From assembly GCF_024521635.1 (NCBI RefSeq), contig NW_026250406.1:372001-436000 (forward strand): a stretch of DNA of 64,000 bases, written 5' to 3'. Below are positions 1 to 13,670 of this stretch, piece by piece. Under the pieces are notes generated by a model. The model searched no databases and was not told where the DNA came from. It worked only from the letters and a program-made list of their open reading frames with translations. The stretch comes from Tricharina praecox. Taxonomy: Eukaryota. Numbering within the stretch: the stretch's first letter is position 1; each line of letters begins with the position of its first letter. The translations under genes were made by a program, and so were the position numbers.

Positions 1-1424
1 TGGTCAGCAAGGTAGTCCTCTTGATTTTCCATACCACGCTTACCGAGATCAACAGTGCCCTAGAAGGAAAGAAGGACCCCACGGCATATATACCTCACAA
101 ATACCATGAGTTCGTACTGTTGTTCTCCTGAGGCCTGGCCCAGAACCTGCCCCCGCAACGGCACCACGACCATCAGATTTCACTCAAGGAAGGATTGACG
201 CCCCCATACGGACTACTGTACTCATTCTCGAAAACACAGCTCATTGCACTGAAGGAATGGCTGGACGGCAACCTCAGCAGAGGTTTCATCCAGGCTTCTT
301 CCTCTCCAGCAGTGTCGCCAATCCTGTTTGTCAAGAAATTGCAAGGCTCCCACGCCTGTCTGTAAATTACAGGGGCCTGAATGAAGGAACCATCAAGAAC
401 AGGTACCCACTCAGACTCCTCCAAGAAACCGCGATCGGGCTGTGCGGCGCAACCTACTTCACCACTCTGGATATCCGTGGTGTAATAAAATACAGTGAGG
501 AAGTACTATATCACTTGACCAATAGGTGTTTTAAAGGCTGAAGGCCATCATCCCAGTAGCTACTTAAGGCGAGGATTGCCGAACTGTGACAAGTGGTGCG
601 TACAACCTGATATGGTTGGCTGAAGTGGAGGAGTGGAATACAGCCTTCCGGACACGCTATGACCAGTTTGAATCCTTCGTCATGCCCAGCGGCCTTACAA
701 ACGCCCCTGCCGGCTTCCAAGCTCTGATCAATGATTTCCGACGCCCGTTCCTCAACAGTTTCTGCACCGCATCCATCGAAGATGTCTTCATCTACAGCGG
801 ATCCTAAGAAGGACACCAGAAACAGGTCAGGCATGTACTTGAGGCTTTATCAGCAGCCGGCCTACATCTCATACCCAAAAAATGTCATTTCCTACAGGCG
901 AAAGTGAAGTATTTGAGACTAATCATTACAACAAAAGGGATCAAGATGGACTTAGCGAAACTCTCCTGCATACTGGAAATGGAGGAGCCGAGTACGGTTA
1001 CCGATGTGCAATGCTTTCTGGGATTTGCAAACTTCTACCGGCGATTCATCCAAGACTATTCCAAGGTGGTATCCCCATTGACAGGATTGACCAAGAAGGA
1101 GAATGGAAAGTATGTTCCCTTCATGTGGGGACCAGAACAGCAGAAAGCATTCGACGAACTGAAAACAGCATTCACCTCGGCCCCGATCCTCCGGCACTTT
1201 GACTACGATAGGGAGATGGTAGTTGAAAATGACGCCTCTGACTACGTCTCTGCAGCAGTCCTATCTCAGTACGACGACAAGCGAATCCTGCAGCCAGTCG
1301 CGTTTTATTCCAAGAAACACTCCCCGGCAGAATGCAACTACAGATGTACGACAAAGACCTCCTCGCAATTATCCGCGCCTTTGAGGAGAGGAGACCACAC
1401 CTGGAGGGCGCTGCTCACCCCATC
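1..1424 (+). pseudogene. Degenerate Ty3/Gypsy family B pol fragment (RT-RNase H), copy B0
   Basis: Broken frames with [26 protein letters not shown] and [15 protein letters not shown]. Colinear with pol at 22927-24130. Interrupted by the 111-bp element and ended by the A' LTR. Confidence 0.92.
481..591. mobile_element. 111-bp TG..CA mini-element (putative tiny solo LTR), copy 1
   Basis: TGTAAT...TGTGACA inserted in the DIRG|AYN codons of B0 RT. Flanks CGTGG/AGTGG form a 5-bp TSD with one mismatch. Inverted homolog at 4047-4157. Confidence 0.8.
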
Positions 1425-4046
1425 AGTGACACCCCAATAGACTCTGGGGCGGTCACAGAAGGAGCGGTACGTTCAGAACTGATCCCAACATAGGAGTAGA
1501 TAATTATAGCGTAGAGACAAGTAAGGCAGGAGCGAGCAAACGGGAATCAGAGTCTAGACAGCGATTGGCGATATGGGTGATGCATAGTAAAGTCTAATCC
1601 AGCTGAGACGGCCTGAGGCAGTGCATCATGGAACCCCGTGGAAAGAAAAGCCACAATGGAACCTGTTATGACCCGCGATTACCAATGTATCGACAAATGA
1701 AACGCTGCAGAGCCAGGCCGGTTCTCAGTGCCAACATGAAGATGTGTGCTGCTTACTCTGAGCTTTGCTGGGGTGGGAAATGGTAAATACTTCTTGACTA
1801 GTTGAAAATGACTATCCCTGTAATGGCTTACGACAACTGGACCGCCTAGACTCCAGGGGTCAGTCTCCGTAGCACTTACGCCACAGCATGACTCAAAGAG
1901 CGTTGGCAACGAAGTTTCCCATGACAGAGTTGTCCGATCACGTGCGTAGGTGTACTGGTAGATTACATAGTCACTCGACTATTGTGACGGAAAAATTTTA
2001 AAACCAGCACAACCAGATCAGTGAACACTACCGACAATTCCCCTTCAGTTTATTCCGCTGTGAATTATCACAATTCCTCATTTTATTCTATACTTGATAT
2101 CTATTAAGACTCCAACGCCTCATATCCGTTCCAGTCTCATACTATGATTTTGAGAGTTATCAGTTGCCGGTTTCACAACAAGCAACCACTATCTGATCCT
2201 CTAACGTTGACATACTTTGCTTCCAATACTGACAGACGGGTGATACGGCGCTCCCAACCCTACACATGGCCGGCGCCACCATTGAGATCACAAACCCCTC
2301 TGCCTGGTTGAGAATGATACTGCAACCATAACACCTCGCGCTGTGCCGCCTACGCCAGATGTATGCCGTGAGTGACCACGTCTTTAACCCTAATAACTGC
2401 CGGATGCGAGAGATGGACTCAACTACGACCAGTTCTGGGAGGCCATGAAGTATCTTCAGACGCAACACACGGCAAAAAACCAAGCCGCTACGGAATGGCT
2501 CCATACGGAACGCGCAGACGCCACCCACGCCATCCAAGCCTCAAACAGCAACATATTGGGAGTAATCACAGAGCGCAGCAAGGAGGATCTGTTCAGGCAG
2601 GAGAACACCGCCAAAGCCCACACCTGGCTCCAAAGCCTGTTTATCTTCCTACAAACTGTCTAGGCTGAGCAGAGAGAAGCCCAGGAAAATAACAATCGCA
2701 GCATCTATGTATGGGTGGAACAGCAGGTGAGAAGGAGCGACAAGCTCCACAAACAACAGGCGGAGTGGAAGAGGCTAGTGAAGGAACATGCAAAAGCGTT
2801 GAAGTAGGTGGAGATCCACGCAGGAAAAGAGAAAGAGAAGGTTGCGAAATGGGTCCGCACAAGCGCAAGGGAAAAATCAAGACCTGGAGGATGGTGCGCA
2901 TCGGCTCCTGGCTCAGTGATGAATCCCAGCGGTTCGGGAATGGTTCCCCCTGTCACGGCTCGCGACGGAATGACGAACGAACGGTCGGCGCTAGGATCAG
3001 AACAGTTGGGTGGTAGTGCACAGGCACTGCACCGGCAGTGCAAGGATGAGACCCACAGGATTGAGGGCTGCATGCAGAAAGCAGGGATAGTGCAGGAATG
3101 AGCCGTACAGGATTAGGGCTGCGTGCAAGAAGCAGGGGTAGTGCGGCTGCGCAGGGTATGAGTCACGGAAGCGGGGGTACTGGCAAGGTGAATCTCTCAG
3201 GGTCTGGCACACGCTCACACTCATTGTCAAGTTACGGGAAGAAGTGGAGGATTTTCTACATAAACGGGCCGTTGCCCCTCTGTATTTAGTTCTTCACCCA
3301 ACAACTTGTTAATTCAACAACTGTTACCTCTGTCCTTGCCTCGGCTGCCGTCTGCGCCGTCGTCCTTTTCCCTCCCTCTGTTCTCAGTTGCCGTCTGCAC
3401 TGCGCTCTGCCTTGCCTTGTCCTCCGAACCTGTCTTGCCTTTGCCAAACCCAGCACCTGATCATCCGCCCGGCTTCGCTACCTTGAGCCTTGCTGGACCG
3501 TGCAGTTACACCCCCTCCCCCACCTCCGAGAAATCCAGCTGCTAACCTGGGAGGTGACCACTGGGATCACGACTGCTCTGACTGCGAAGAACCTTTCACA
3601 AGAACCCCATCTTTTCGCTGCGCAGGCCGCTCCGCTCCCCACGGAGATGCTGACCACGAGGACAAAGAACAACGCTTTGTCCGCATCATGGTTGACGCGC
3701 TGAGGCCGGCTAACCGAGGGGGCCCTGAGCTCCGTTTAAGCAACACCAACAACTTCGGCGGCAAACCAAACACAGATTTCGAACCGCCGTGGGATGCTGT
3801 GGAAGAATATCTCGCCGTCTACCTCAACACCAACGGCGTGCAAGGTGTAGCCTGGGTGGGAACATTGTCGACTCACAAAGCGCGTGTCTGGCGTCAAGAA
3901 CGAAGACTCGTCCTACGCGGGCTAGACAATTGGCAGGCCTACCAGGAAGCTATACAAGAAGAGTATAGACACTCGAGGTGAGGCGGAGACGCTCTAAGCA
4001 AAATGTGGGCCTTGAGGTATAATAACGACATCAAGTCATACCTCAC
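1425..4046 (+). mobile_element. Truncated family A' element: 5' LTR 1425-2141 plus decayed gag
   Basis: The LTR (AGTGACACCCC...GTCTCATA) is homologous to 26715-27430. Gag relics (ITNPSAWLRM, WDAVEEYL, WQAYQEAIQEEYR) match family A Gag. Confidence 0.85.
2951..3510 (+). mobile_element. Family B solo LTR with TSD CCCCC
   Basis: TGTCACGG...GTTACA, 560 bp, CCCCC on both sides. Inserted in the poly-Pro codons of A' gag. Homologous to 13112-13670. Confidence 0.92.
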
Positions 4047-4157
4047 TGTCACAGTTCAGAAATCCTGGCCTTAAGTAGCTACTGGGATGATGACCATCAG
4101 CCATCAAAATACCTTTTGGTCAAGTGGTATAGTACTTTCCCAGTGTACTTTATTACA
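4047..4157. mobile_element. 111-bp TG..CA mini-element, copy 2 (inverted relative to copy 1)
   Basis: Reverse-complement homolog of 481-591. Flanks CTCAC/AATGC do not match. Confidence 0.8.
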
Positions 4158-7129
4158 AATGCCTAGCAGCCAGATGAATTCTTTCCATGTACCCGAGGTA
4201 AACCGTGAGTCTCGATCCGACACTATGTCTGCTGGTAATCCGTGAAAGGGCCATATCTCGCGGGCAAAAATCTTCGCGAGATCCTCGGCTATCTTTCCAT
4301 CCTTAGGTAGGGGGATGAAATGCGCCATCTTGGTGAAGCGGTCGACGACCACCCATAGCTGGTCGCATCCGTTGGATTCCGGTAGGTCGGTAATGAAGTC
4401 CATGGCTATTAATTGCCATGGGGTGTATGGTAACTCGAGGGGATTGAGTAGTCCATACGGCTGGTGCCTTGTTGCTTTGTCCTTCTGACACTGCGCGCAA
4501 CTCCGGACGAAGTCTATAATCTGCTCGTCCATCTTTGGCCACCAGAAATTGGGTCGGATAAGTTCGATAGTCTTGTCCTGGCCCATATGCCCCGCGACTT
4601 TCGTATCGTGTTCCGACTCGAGGATGTGTCTGACGAGTTCCTTATTGTCTGGTACCCATAGCCTTTCTTTCCTATACAGGCACCCCTCTTCCATCCTCAA
4701 AATCCTGGCCTTTCGGCCCATCCTGCCGGAGTCCCTACTCTCGGCGGCCAGCTCCCAGGCCTTTCGGCCCTCCGGCTCAGCGTCCTTCTGAGCCGCCTCC
4801 TCGTTCGTGTCCTTGATGCTGCTCAGAGCCTCCTGATACCCAGCATCTTCCTTTCCTGCCTTCCTGACCCAACCCAGAAATTCTTCATTCCACTTTGGCA
4901 CGGGGATTGATTGTAGCCGAGTTGACGAAACCAGGAACACGGTGCTTTCGCCTCCGGTGCTGATTGATGAAACTCTCGAATCGTCGCCTGCAAAGTGTGA
5001 TTTATGCAGGATCGTCGTAATCGGCTGATCTTCACCCCCCCCTTTTTCAGGGCGGTACTCCGGGCGCCTGGATAATGTGTCAGGCTTGCCGTTCTGGCTG
5101 CCGGGCCGGTAGTAGATTTTGAAGTCGATGCCAGCGAGTTCTTGTGCCCATCTCGCCTGCCGTCGATTGAGTACTTTCGTGGTTGTGAAGTACTCAAGGT
5201 TCTGGTAGTCGCTGTACACCTGGATCTGGTGTTTTGCTCCCTCGAGGTATTGCAGCCAGCGTTTGAAAGAGTCTACTATCGCGAGTAGCTCCTTATCGTG
5301 AATCTCGAAGTTGATTTCGGCTGGGGTAAACTTTCTTGAGTGGAAGGCAACCGGGTGTAACTTCCCATCCTCTGCCCTTTGAGACAGGACCGCGCCCAAC
5401 GCAAAGTCCGAAGCGCCGGATTCGACCACGCCAGGTAGTTCCGGGTTGAAGTGCCCGAGAATCGGTGCCGTGGTGAACCTAGACTTCAGCTCCTCGAAGG
5501 CCAGTTCCATCTCCCCTGTCCATTTCCAATCTTTCCCTTTTTCTTTTGTGCTCTCGGTCAAGGGTCTCGTGATCTTTGAGAAATCCTTGATGAAGCGCCT
5601 GTAAAAATTGGCGAACCCAAGGAAGGCTTGTACTTCCTTCAGGGACCGCGGCGCCTCCCACGAGAGCACAGATTCCACCTTGTCCTTAGCCATCTCAATT
5701 CCATCTTGGGATATCACGTATCCTAGGAACTGGACTCTCCCTGTCGACCAGACACACTTCTCTGGTGAGATTGCCAACTTATTTTCTTCCAACCTCTTTA
5801 GTACCTCGATGACTATCTTGTCATGCTCCTCGTGCGTCTTCGCATAGATGAGGAGGTCATCGATGTACGCGACCAGTCCCAGGTCCAACATATCCCGAAA
5901 TATGTGGTTAATCATGTCCTGAAACGTCGCTGGAGCGTTGGTCAGCCCAAACGGCATGACCAAAAACTCAAATAGTCCGTATCGACAGCGGAAAGCCGTC
6001 TTCCACTCGTCACCTTCCTTGATGCGGATAAGGTGATAGCCATTCTTCAGATCAATCTTGGTGAAGACTTTCGCACCCCTGACTCGGTCTTGCAACTCTG
6101 CCATGATCGGGAGTGGGTAGCGATTGGCTACGGTAATCTTGTTGATACCGCGATAGTCGACACACAATCGGAGACCCCTGCCGTGCGCCTTTGGTACAAA
6201 TAATATCGGCGCCCCGGCTGGTGATTTGGATCTTCGAATCTTGCCTGTCTGGAGCATCTCCTTGAGCCACTCCCTGAGGGCCTCAAGTTCTTTCTCTGAC
6301 AGCGCATAGATAGGACCCCATGGAGGAGTCTCTCCTTCCTTGAGATCGATTGCGTGGTCGTAGGACTTGTGGTTGGGAAGCTTATCGGCTGCCTCCTTGC
6401 TCATGAGGTTGGCATATCGTCTGTATTTCTCCGGAAGCAGATTGATGGGTGGATCTGATTCCGGGCCAGCTGAGACGTATCCAATAATGCGAGCCTCCGA
6501 ATTGTGAATGACAGACGTGTCAAGTTCCATCGGAAAGCTGGTTGCTTGTTGCAAGGTGCATTGTTCCTCGCATCGGGTGCTGGTGAAGCGAATTTTCTGT
6601 GCTTCATTCTCCCACAACGCTGTCGGTTCATGCTTAGCCATCCACCTATACGGGAGGTAGGCATCGCAGTCGTCCAAGGGAGCCACTTCGAAGGTTTCGT
6701 TGGTGTAGTGCCTCCGGTGTTGAAGGAGCATCGGCATTGTATAATATTCCCCCGCTCCTTCCACTATGGTTCCGTGGAAGTCCTTGATTTCCACTGGCTT
6801 GGGTCGTTGAATGAGGGGCAACCCAAGTTCCCGTGCAAAGCTTCGTTTGATGATCGGAATGGCACATCCTGTGTCAAGGAGTACTCGGATCCGTCGTAGC
6901 TTGTGCTCAGACCAGAGGAGCATCATTTCTATGATTGGTCGTGGTCCGCTGACAGGTTTTGGGGGCTCACACCCTGAGGCGCTCGGCGCGGTTGGCCTCG
7001 TAGAAATAGGTTGGTCCGTTCGTCTTCGCTTATCTCTGGATTCACTGTTGATATCCTGAGGCCGTGGTCTCTTCGTTCCGCAAACATATACACTTGGTCG
7101 TCCAGTCTGCGGAGTGCTGGGCCGCTCAA
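4158..7129 (-). pseudogene. A2 pol (protease-RT-RNase H-partial integrase)
   Basis: LLDTG, YIDD and HHCC motifs present. RNase H ESD is changed to ESG. One C is deleted just after the slippery site. Truncated before the final integrase Glu. Confidence 0.92.
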
Positions 7130-9128
7130 AAATCCTCCGGCTCACTCTCATTCCTTTCCCAGAATGGAGGGGCCTCCGTCATTGCTTCATCCTCCACCAC
7201 AACCGCCGCAGCCTTGTGTTGCTTGGACCTCGGTCGAGTGGGTTCGGCATCCTGGGTGTCCCGCTTTCTCTTTGTCACGGATGACACCTTTGGACTCTCG
7301 GGGAGTTCGGTACCCGCGACTGTTTTTCTGGCGTAGCATTGGAAGGTTCGGTGGCCGTCCCGTCCGCAACGCCAACAGTCGCACTTGGATGCTTTGTGGG
7401 CATCGATCTCCTTCTGGGGAACCCCTACCAGAGCCTCCTTTGCTCCTGCGTAGATGTCCCCTTCCCTTGTCCTTCCCTTCCTGACCCCTGTTGCTTCCTT
7501 GGACTTTCGGCCCTCCGGGGACACCCCGCTTTCCTTGCGGCCCCCGGGGTCTCTGCCCTTTCCTTGGCCCTGCCGGCCGTTGCCAGGTCCCTTCCGGTCG
7601 CCGCCGGAACCCTGGCTACCCGATCCCCCTTTCCTCATTGCCCTTGCCTTCTTCAGCGCATCCCGCCGTTCCACATGGTTGCCAGCCCTGAGCACCGTTT
7701 CCAGGAATTCTTCATCGTCTTCGTAGGGTTCGGTGTGCTGGTTAAAGCACATGTCGACGATGTCGGTGGTCATGGCCTGGTTGACTATGTCGTGTAGCGG
7801 TTCGCCTCTGGCGCGAGCGATCATGTTGAGTGATCGGAAGGAGGTCATGTAAGCCTGGATGTCTGCTTTGTATTCGAGGGCCCACATCCTGCTTAATGCA
7901 TTCGCTCCTTGCTGCGTGTCGCGGTACGCCTCCTTGGGTGCCTCTTGGTACGCCTGCCACGTATCTTCCAAGTGTAGCTGCCTCAGGCTTTTTCGACGGG
8001 CTTGATGCCATTCTGCCGCTGTTCCTTCCAGTCGGGATCCCACCCATGCTATCTTCTGCTGCTCGTTTGACTCTGGGTGGAACTCAAGATATTCTTCGAC
8101 TGAGTCCCACCATGGACGGAAGGCTGTCTTCTGCTTGCCATCGAACGGCTTGGGCTCTTTCATCTTCAGCTTGATGGCCCTCGGGTTCGATGCGGAGACG
8201 GCAGCAGCAATGATCCGAGCGAAGCGACTCTCCTCGTCTTCGTGGTATTCTCTTGGTAGCGGGGCGTTTCGGTGACGGGGCGGCGAACGACGCGGCAAGG
8301 GGATGAAACCGTCATCATCCAATGATCCTCATCCGAGCGATCACCTACAAGGTTAGTCATCAGACGTCTTGGGGGTGGAGGAGGAGGGGACATTCCTGAA
8401 CCTGCCGGAGTTTCCCTTGTTGCTGATCTTTCTGCCCGCGATCCTCCTCTTGGGGTGGTGTTTACCCACTCTGGGGCCTTTTCCTTCGCCTTCCCTGTCC
8501 TTACCTCTACAGCCTTTAATTTTTTCTCCGCTCGAGCGATTTTTTCCTTGATTCGCTGTTGCTCTTTGTAGAGGTATTCTGCCTTCTCTTCCTGTTTCCC
8601 TGCCCAAATTTCCACGTTGCGGTTGTACACCGCTTTCTCCCTGCGTTGTTCGACTTGCGCAGTTTCGTGGAACACGATGGCATCTTGTAGCCGAGCGTGT
8701 GCGACGCTTTGCAGCTCGCGGTTGTCTTCATCTTTTTGGTTACGTTCTCGAATGACTACCCATACGTCGCTGCTCAGAGCGTTCGTCGCGTTTAGTACCG
8801 TTGACAGCTCGGTCCGCAGCTATTCTGTATTCATTTCGGCATTGTGAGCGTAGAGGTTGTACACATACTTGACCCCATACCAGAGTTGTTCGTAGTTCCT
8901 TCTGATTTCCTGCATTCTGGACTCCTCTTTGTTTAACTTCTGATCGCATGCTTGGTAAAGTTGGCGCAGGTCTCTTTGTGCCGTTTGGTATTGGTGGTTC
9001 ATCAGCCTGAGCCAGGCTGCCGGGTTCCGTACTTCGACAGTTTCGGATGCTTGCGGGATGCTAACGAGCGCATTGCTCAGGGTCTGAGGAAGTTCGAGAC
9101 GGAGCATGTCGAGGTTTGAGGAGCACAT
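7126..9128 (-). pseudogene. A2 gag
   Basis: Matches 16281-18284 but has a TGG>TAG stop at 8820-8822 and a frameshift near 8320. Retains the CWRCGRDGHRTFQC knuckle. Confidence 0.9.
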
Positions 9129-9415
9129 TTCGATAGCAAACGGTGACTGTAACCTTAAGATTATAGTGTGAGACTGGAACGAGTTTGTGTCGTCGGAGTC
9201 TAGGGTAATATCGAGTGCAGAATAAAAGTCAGGGATTTCGATAATTCACAACGGAATAATCTTAAGGGTGTTTCTTCGATGGTTTGTTCGGTGCGATGAT
9301 TGTGTTTTGTTCGGTTGCCCGCTCGGTTCGACTTATAGTCGTCCCGATCCTCAGCACGTGATTCCTCTAGAGTGCGGCCTAACGTAGCTCCGTTGCTTCC
9401 TTTGCATCGGAGTTC

Positions 9416-11281
9416 TCCAGGATTACCGGAAGTGGTGGCGGTGGAATTTGTCCAGGGAAGGGATCGTCAGCGGAGGCATGAAGCAGGGATACAGGAAATG
9501 TGCGGTGCTTCTGAACGGTGTCCGGGATGTCCAATTCGTAGGCGTGGGTTCCGATTGTCCGAATCACACGGTAGGGACCATGGTGTTTGTTTTCCAGCTT
9601 GCGACTGGGTCTCTCGGTGCGCCAGTTCCGACCATCCACTCATACCAGGTCGCCTGGTTGGAAGGCTGGCGCAGGGGTTCGGTGTCGGTCGGCGTCGTCC
9701 TGATGCCGTGCCTGAGAATATCGCATTTGGCTGCGGGCGACGTCGTGAATTTGATGCAACTGTTCCGCTGCACTCTGAGCCTGATGTTCATCCTTGGTGT
9801 CGACACCGATATCAAGCTCAAAGTCACACCGCGGGTGGTATCCTAGATTAGCGAACAATGGGGACACGGTAGTCGTGTCGGAGACATCGTTGTTACCAGC
9901 GCATCCGGCCAAGAACAGGTAGCCGACCCAGTCATCCTGGAGGTAGCTGACGTACGCGCGGAGGTGCTGTTCCATGACAGCGTTCATCCATTCGGTTTGG
10001 CCATCAGTCTGGGGGTGGAAGGCAGTCGACAGGCGTGGCTCGATCTTGAGGCATGAGCATAGGTGTTTCCAGAATCTCGAGGCAAACTGGGGGCCCCTAT
10101 CCGAGACGATGGTTTCTGGCACCCCGTGGTACCTGAATATCCGGTCGCAGAACAGCTCGGCCAGTCCTTTCGAGGTGATGGTCGTGGTACATGGTAGGAG
10201 ATGGCATTGCTTGGTCAGTCGGTTAACAAAAACACAGATGGCGTCAAACCCCTTTGAGGCGAGTAGGCCAGTGACAAAGCCGACTGAGATGTGTTGCCAT
10301 GGCTTCTCGGGTACTTGGAGGGAGCGCAGGACACCATAGGGTGCGTGCCGGGTGGCCTTCGTTCGCCGGCAGGTGTGGCAGTTTTGGACATACTGGTCAA
10401 CATCCTTTCGCATCTGTGGTCAGTAGTACCTCCAAGCAAGTAGTTCCAGGGTTTTTGCGCGCCCTGGGTGCCCCCATGGTCGGTGGGTCGTGGTGGTCCT
10501 GGATCAGTCGTAGTCGGAGTCGGTCGTACTCTGGAACATAGAGGCAGTCTCGGTAGATCAGTCGCCCGTTGACTTCGCGGCATTCGGCCAAGGAGATCTC
10601 CTTCGAGTGGCGTGTACCATTTCGGAGTAGCTCGAGGATTCGATTTGGGACGGGGTCTATGTCGTAGCCTTCTGTTATCAGTGACGTGAGGAGGGGACGG
10701 TCTTGTTCGGGTGTGTTGGTTGCTGCCAACCGGAGTTCTTCCGGTAGGTTGTCCGGTTTCAGGACTGCCTGCTGGTTGGCGAGCAGTCTTTCATCCCCTT
10801 CTTTAGGGAGGTCTCCTGACCTCCTGGTCAGTGCATCCGGTTTTCATCCCGCTTTGCCTGGTCGGTAGACAATCTTGAAATGGAAACGGGAAAGGAACTC
10901 TGACCATCGCGCTTGTCGTCGGTTGAGTAGTTTCGTTGTCATGAAATACTCCAGATTCTTGTGGTCGCTTAGGACTTGGATGGGGTGAGGAGCGCCCTCC
11001 AGATGTGGTCTCCACTCCTCAAAGGCGCGGATGATTGCAAGGAGTTCTTTGTCACAGATCTCGTAGTTGCATTCTGCCAGGGAGTGTTTCTTGGAATAGA
11101 ATGCCGTGGGTGCAGGATTCCCTGGTCGTCGTACTGAGATAGGAATCCGGCAGAGACGTAGTTGGAGGCGTCAGTTTACACTACTATCTCCCAATCATAG
11201 TCGAAGTGCCGGAGGATAGGGGCCGAGGTTATGCTATTTTCAGTTGGTCGAACGCTTTCTGCTGTTCCGGTTCCCACATGA
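9416..11281 (-). pseudogene. Family B pol relic (RNase H-integrase), copy B3
   Basis: Inverted homolog of ~23830-25695 with stops and frameshifts. CHTC and SDRGPQF motifs. Confidence 0.9.
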
Positions 11282-13111
11282 TGTCACGGCTCCCGACGGA
11301 ACGTTCAAGGAAGAGTCGGAACAGGCGCCGAAAAGCAGCGCGGGGGCAGTGCAAGGGGCTGGGTGGGCGGCAATGCAGGAATGAGCCGGAGGAATTGGGG
11401 CTGTGTGCAGGAAGCAGGGGGTAGTGCGGCTGCGCAGGGTATGAGTCACGGAAGCGGGGTAGTGGCAAGGTGGATTTCTCAGGGTCTGACACACGCCCAC
11501 GGTCATTGTCAGGTTGCGGGAAGAAAGGAGGATTCCCTATATAAACGGGCCGTTGCCCCTCTGTACTTAGTTCTTCACACAAGTACTTGTTAAATCAATC
11601 ACTGTTACCTCTGTCCTTGCCTCGGCTGCTGTCTGCGCCGTAGTCCTTGTCCCTGTCTCTGTTCTCAGTTGCCGTCTGCACTGAGCCCTGGCTCACCTTG
11701 TCCTCTGAACCCGTCTTGCCTTTGCCGAACCCAGAACCCGATCCCCAGCCTGACTTCGCTACCTGGAGCTGGGCCCAACCGTGCCGTTTCACTTTGTTGC
11801 CTCGCCCATCTCTCCACCTAGCGAAGAACCATGGCCACCAATACCCCAGCACCAGACCCTCCCCAGCAGGAGGAAGTACTAGGGGCACCCCCCTACTATG
11901 GAGAAATTCCGGCCACCGTCTGAGAACAACTCGAGATCATAGTCAACCACGACTCACCCGCTGACAATGCGACACTGTTGGGGTTGTATAACCAGTTACA
12001 AATCATAGCCCGTGAAATCACCCAATCCCCCACAGAAGCACCCACCTGACGAGCAGACAACCTCGAAGAACAACTTGCCAACTCCCGCCGTATCGCCAAC
12101 CGTCTCGCCACACTAGAAACCCTACCACAGGGCCGCGCCGAGCGCGTCCCGGAGCCAGCCATGTTTGATGGCACTCGAGAGAAGCTCGAAGGGTTCGTTG
12201 CCCAGCTTTGACTTAAACTGTACAGCGACCCCACCTGTTTCCCATCCCCAGCACTCAGAATGGCCTACACCTTCAACTGTCTCGACGGCCGTGCCCAAGC
12301 CCAGATACTGCCATACATCCAAAACAACGTCATCAGATTGACCGGCACCGATGCCATGGTCACCATTCTCAAAAACGCCTTTGGAGATCCCGACCCAGCC
12401 GCCACCGCACGCGCCTAATTCCACTGCCTCAAGCGAGGGAACAAGGACTTTACGTTTTACTTTGTGAAGTTTCAAAGGCTCGTGTCCAAGCTGAGCTGGG
12501 ATGATCATGCCAAACTCGATGCACTACGCGAAGCAGTCTCCATCGAGCTCCACCGACAACTGGTGGGCCGCACTCAAGGACTCACCTACAATCAGTTTGT
12601 GGCTCTCTGCCAGAGCCTCGGTTCCGAGCTAGGGGCCCTCCAACTCCGTGAAGGCCGCCGCAACCCCCTGCGACAAAACCACAACCCGCAACCCCCAGCT
12701 CCGCCCAGGAATCAAACCCATAACAGTACACCACCGGCAACCACTGCGACCGCAACAGCCCCAGGGGCTATGGACCTCAGCGCATACAGTCGCAAGATCT
12801 CTGATCAAGAACGAGCTGCGCGTCTCGCAACGGTCGTTGCCTATACTGTGGAGTCATTGGCCACATGGCCCGACACTGCCCCAATAAGAATCGAAACTCT
12901 TTTCGTGCCGCAGCTGCACAGCTGACGCCCGAGCAACCTGGAACCCTGACCCCAGACCACCCGTACCACAATTGCAACCAGAATTGTGGCGACAACCAAA
13001 GGCAGTTAAGAAAAGCCTAGACCGACAACCGCTTGATGGCACCGTTGTTGGCCGTACCCAGGATAAGTCTTTTTCTCCCTTTTCTACTCGTTTTCGTTTG
13101 TCCAATTTGTC
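11282..13111 (+). mobile_element. Truncated family B copy B2: LTR 11282-11791 plus decayed gag (11831-13020)
   Basis: TGTCACGG...GTTTCA LTR followed by CTTTGTTGC. Gag is homologous to 13710-14770 with stops. Inserted antisense into B3. Confidence 0.88.
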
Positions 13112-13670
13112 TGTCACAGCTCGCGACGGAATGACGAAGGGAGGGTCTGCACAAGGATCGGGAGAGTTGGGGGGCAGTGCAGAGGCAGTGCACCGGCAGT
13201 GCAAGGACGAGTCGCAGAGGATTGGGGGCTGTGTGCAGGGAGCAGGGATCGCGCAGTAATTAGTCGCAGGAGATTGGGGCTGTGTGCAGGAAGCAGGGGT
13301 AGTGCGGCTGCGCAGGGTATGAGTCACGGAAGTGGGGTACTGGCAAGGTGGATTTCTCAGGGTCTAACACACGCCCACGGTCATTGTCAGGTTGCGGGAA
13401 GAAGTGGAGGATTTTCTATATAAACGGGCCGTTGCCCCTCTGTATTTAGTTCTTCACGCAACAACTTGTTAATTCAACCACTGTTACCTCTGTCCATGCC
13501 TCGGCTGCCGTCTGCGCCGTAGTCCCTGTCCCTGTCTCTGTTCTCAGTTGCCGTCTGCACTGAGCCCTGCCTTACCTAGTCCTCCGAACCCGTCTTGCCT
13601 CTATCGAACGCAGAACCCGATCCCCAGCCCGACTTCGCTACCTGGAGCCTTGCCCGACCGTGCCATGACA
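13112..13670 (+). repeat. B1 5' LTR
   Basis: TGTCAC...TGACA. TATATAAA at 13417-13424. Internal ~54-bp tandem duplication in U3. Confidence 0.93.

Larger units (their letters stand above)
4158..9415 (-). mobile_element. Defective family A chromovirus copy A2 (partial 5' LTR 9167-9415, gag, truncated pol)
   Basis: Close inverted homolog of 15553-22921. LTR is truncated at ~9415 and integrase is cut at 4158. Confidence 0.95.

Noticed and set aside
4104..7151. A2 using a different (+1/-2) recoding mode than A1
   Set aside because: Explained by a single-C deletion in a copy that has other null mutations.
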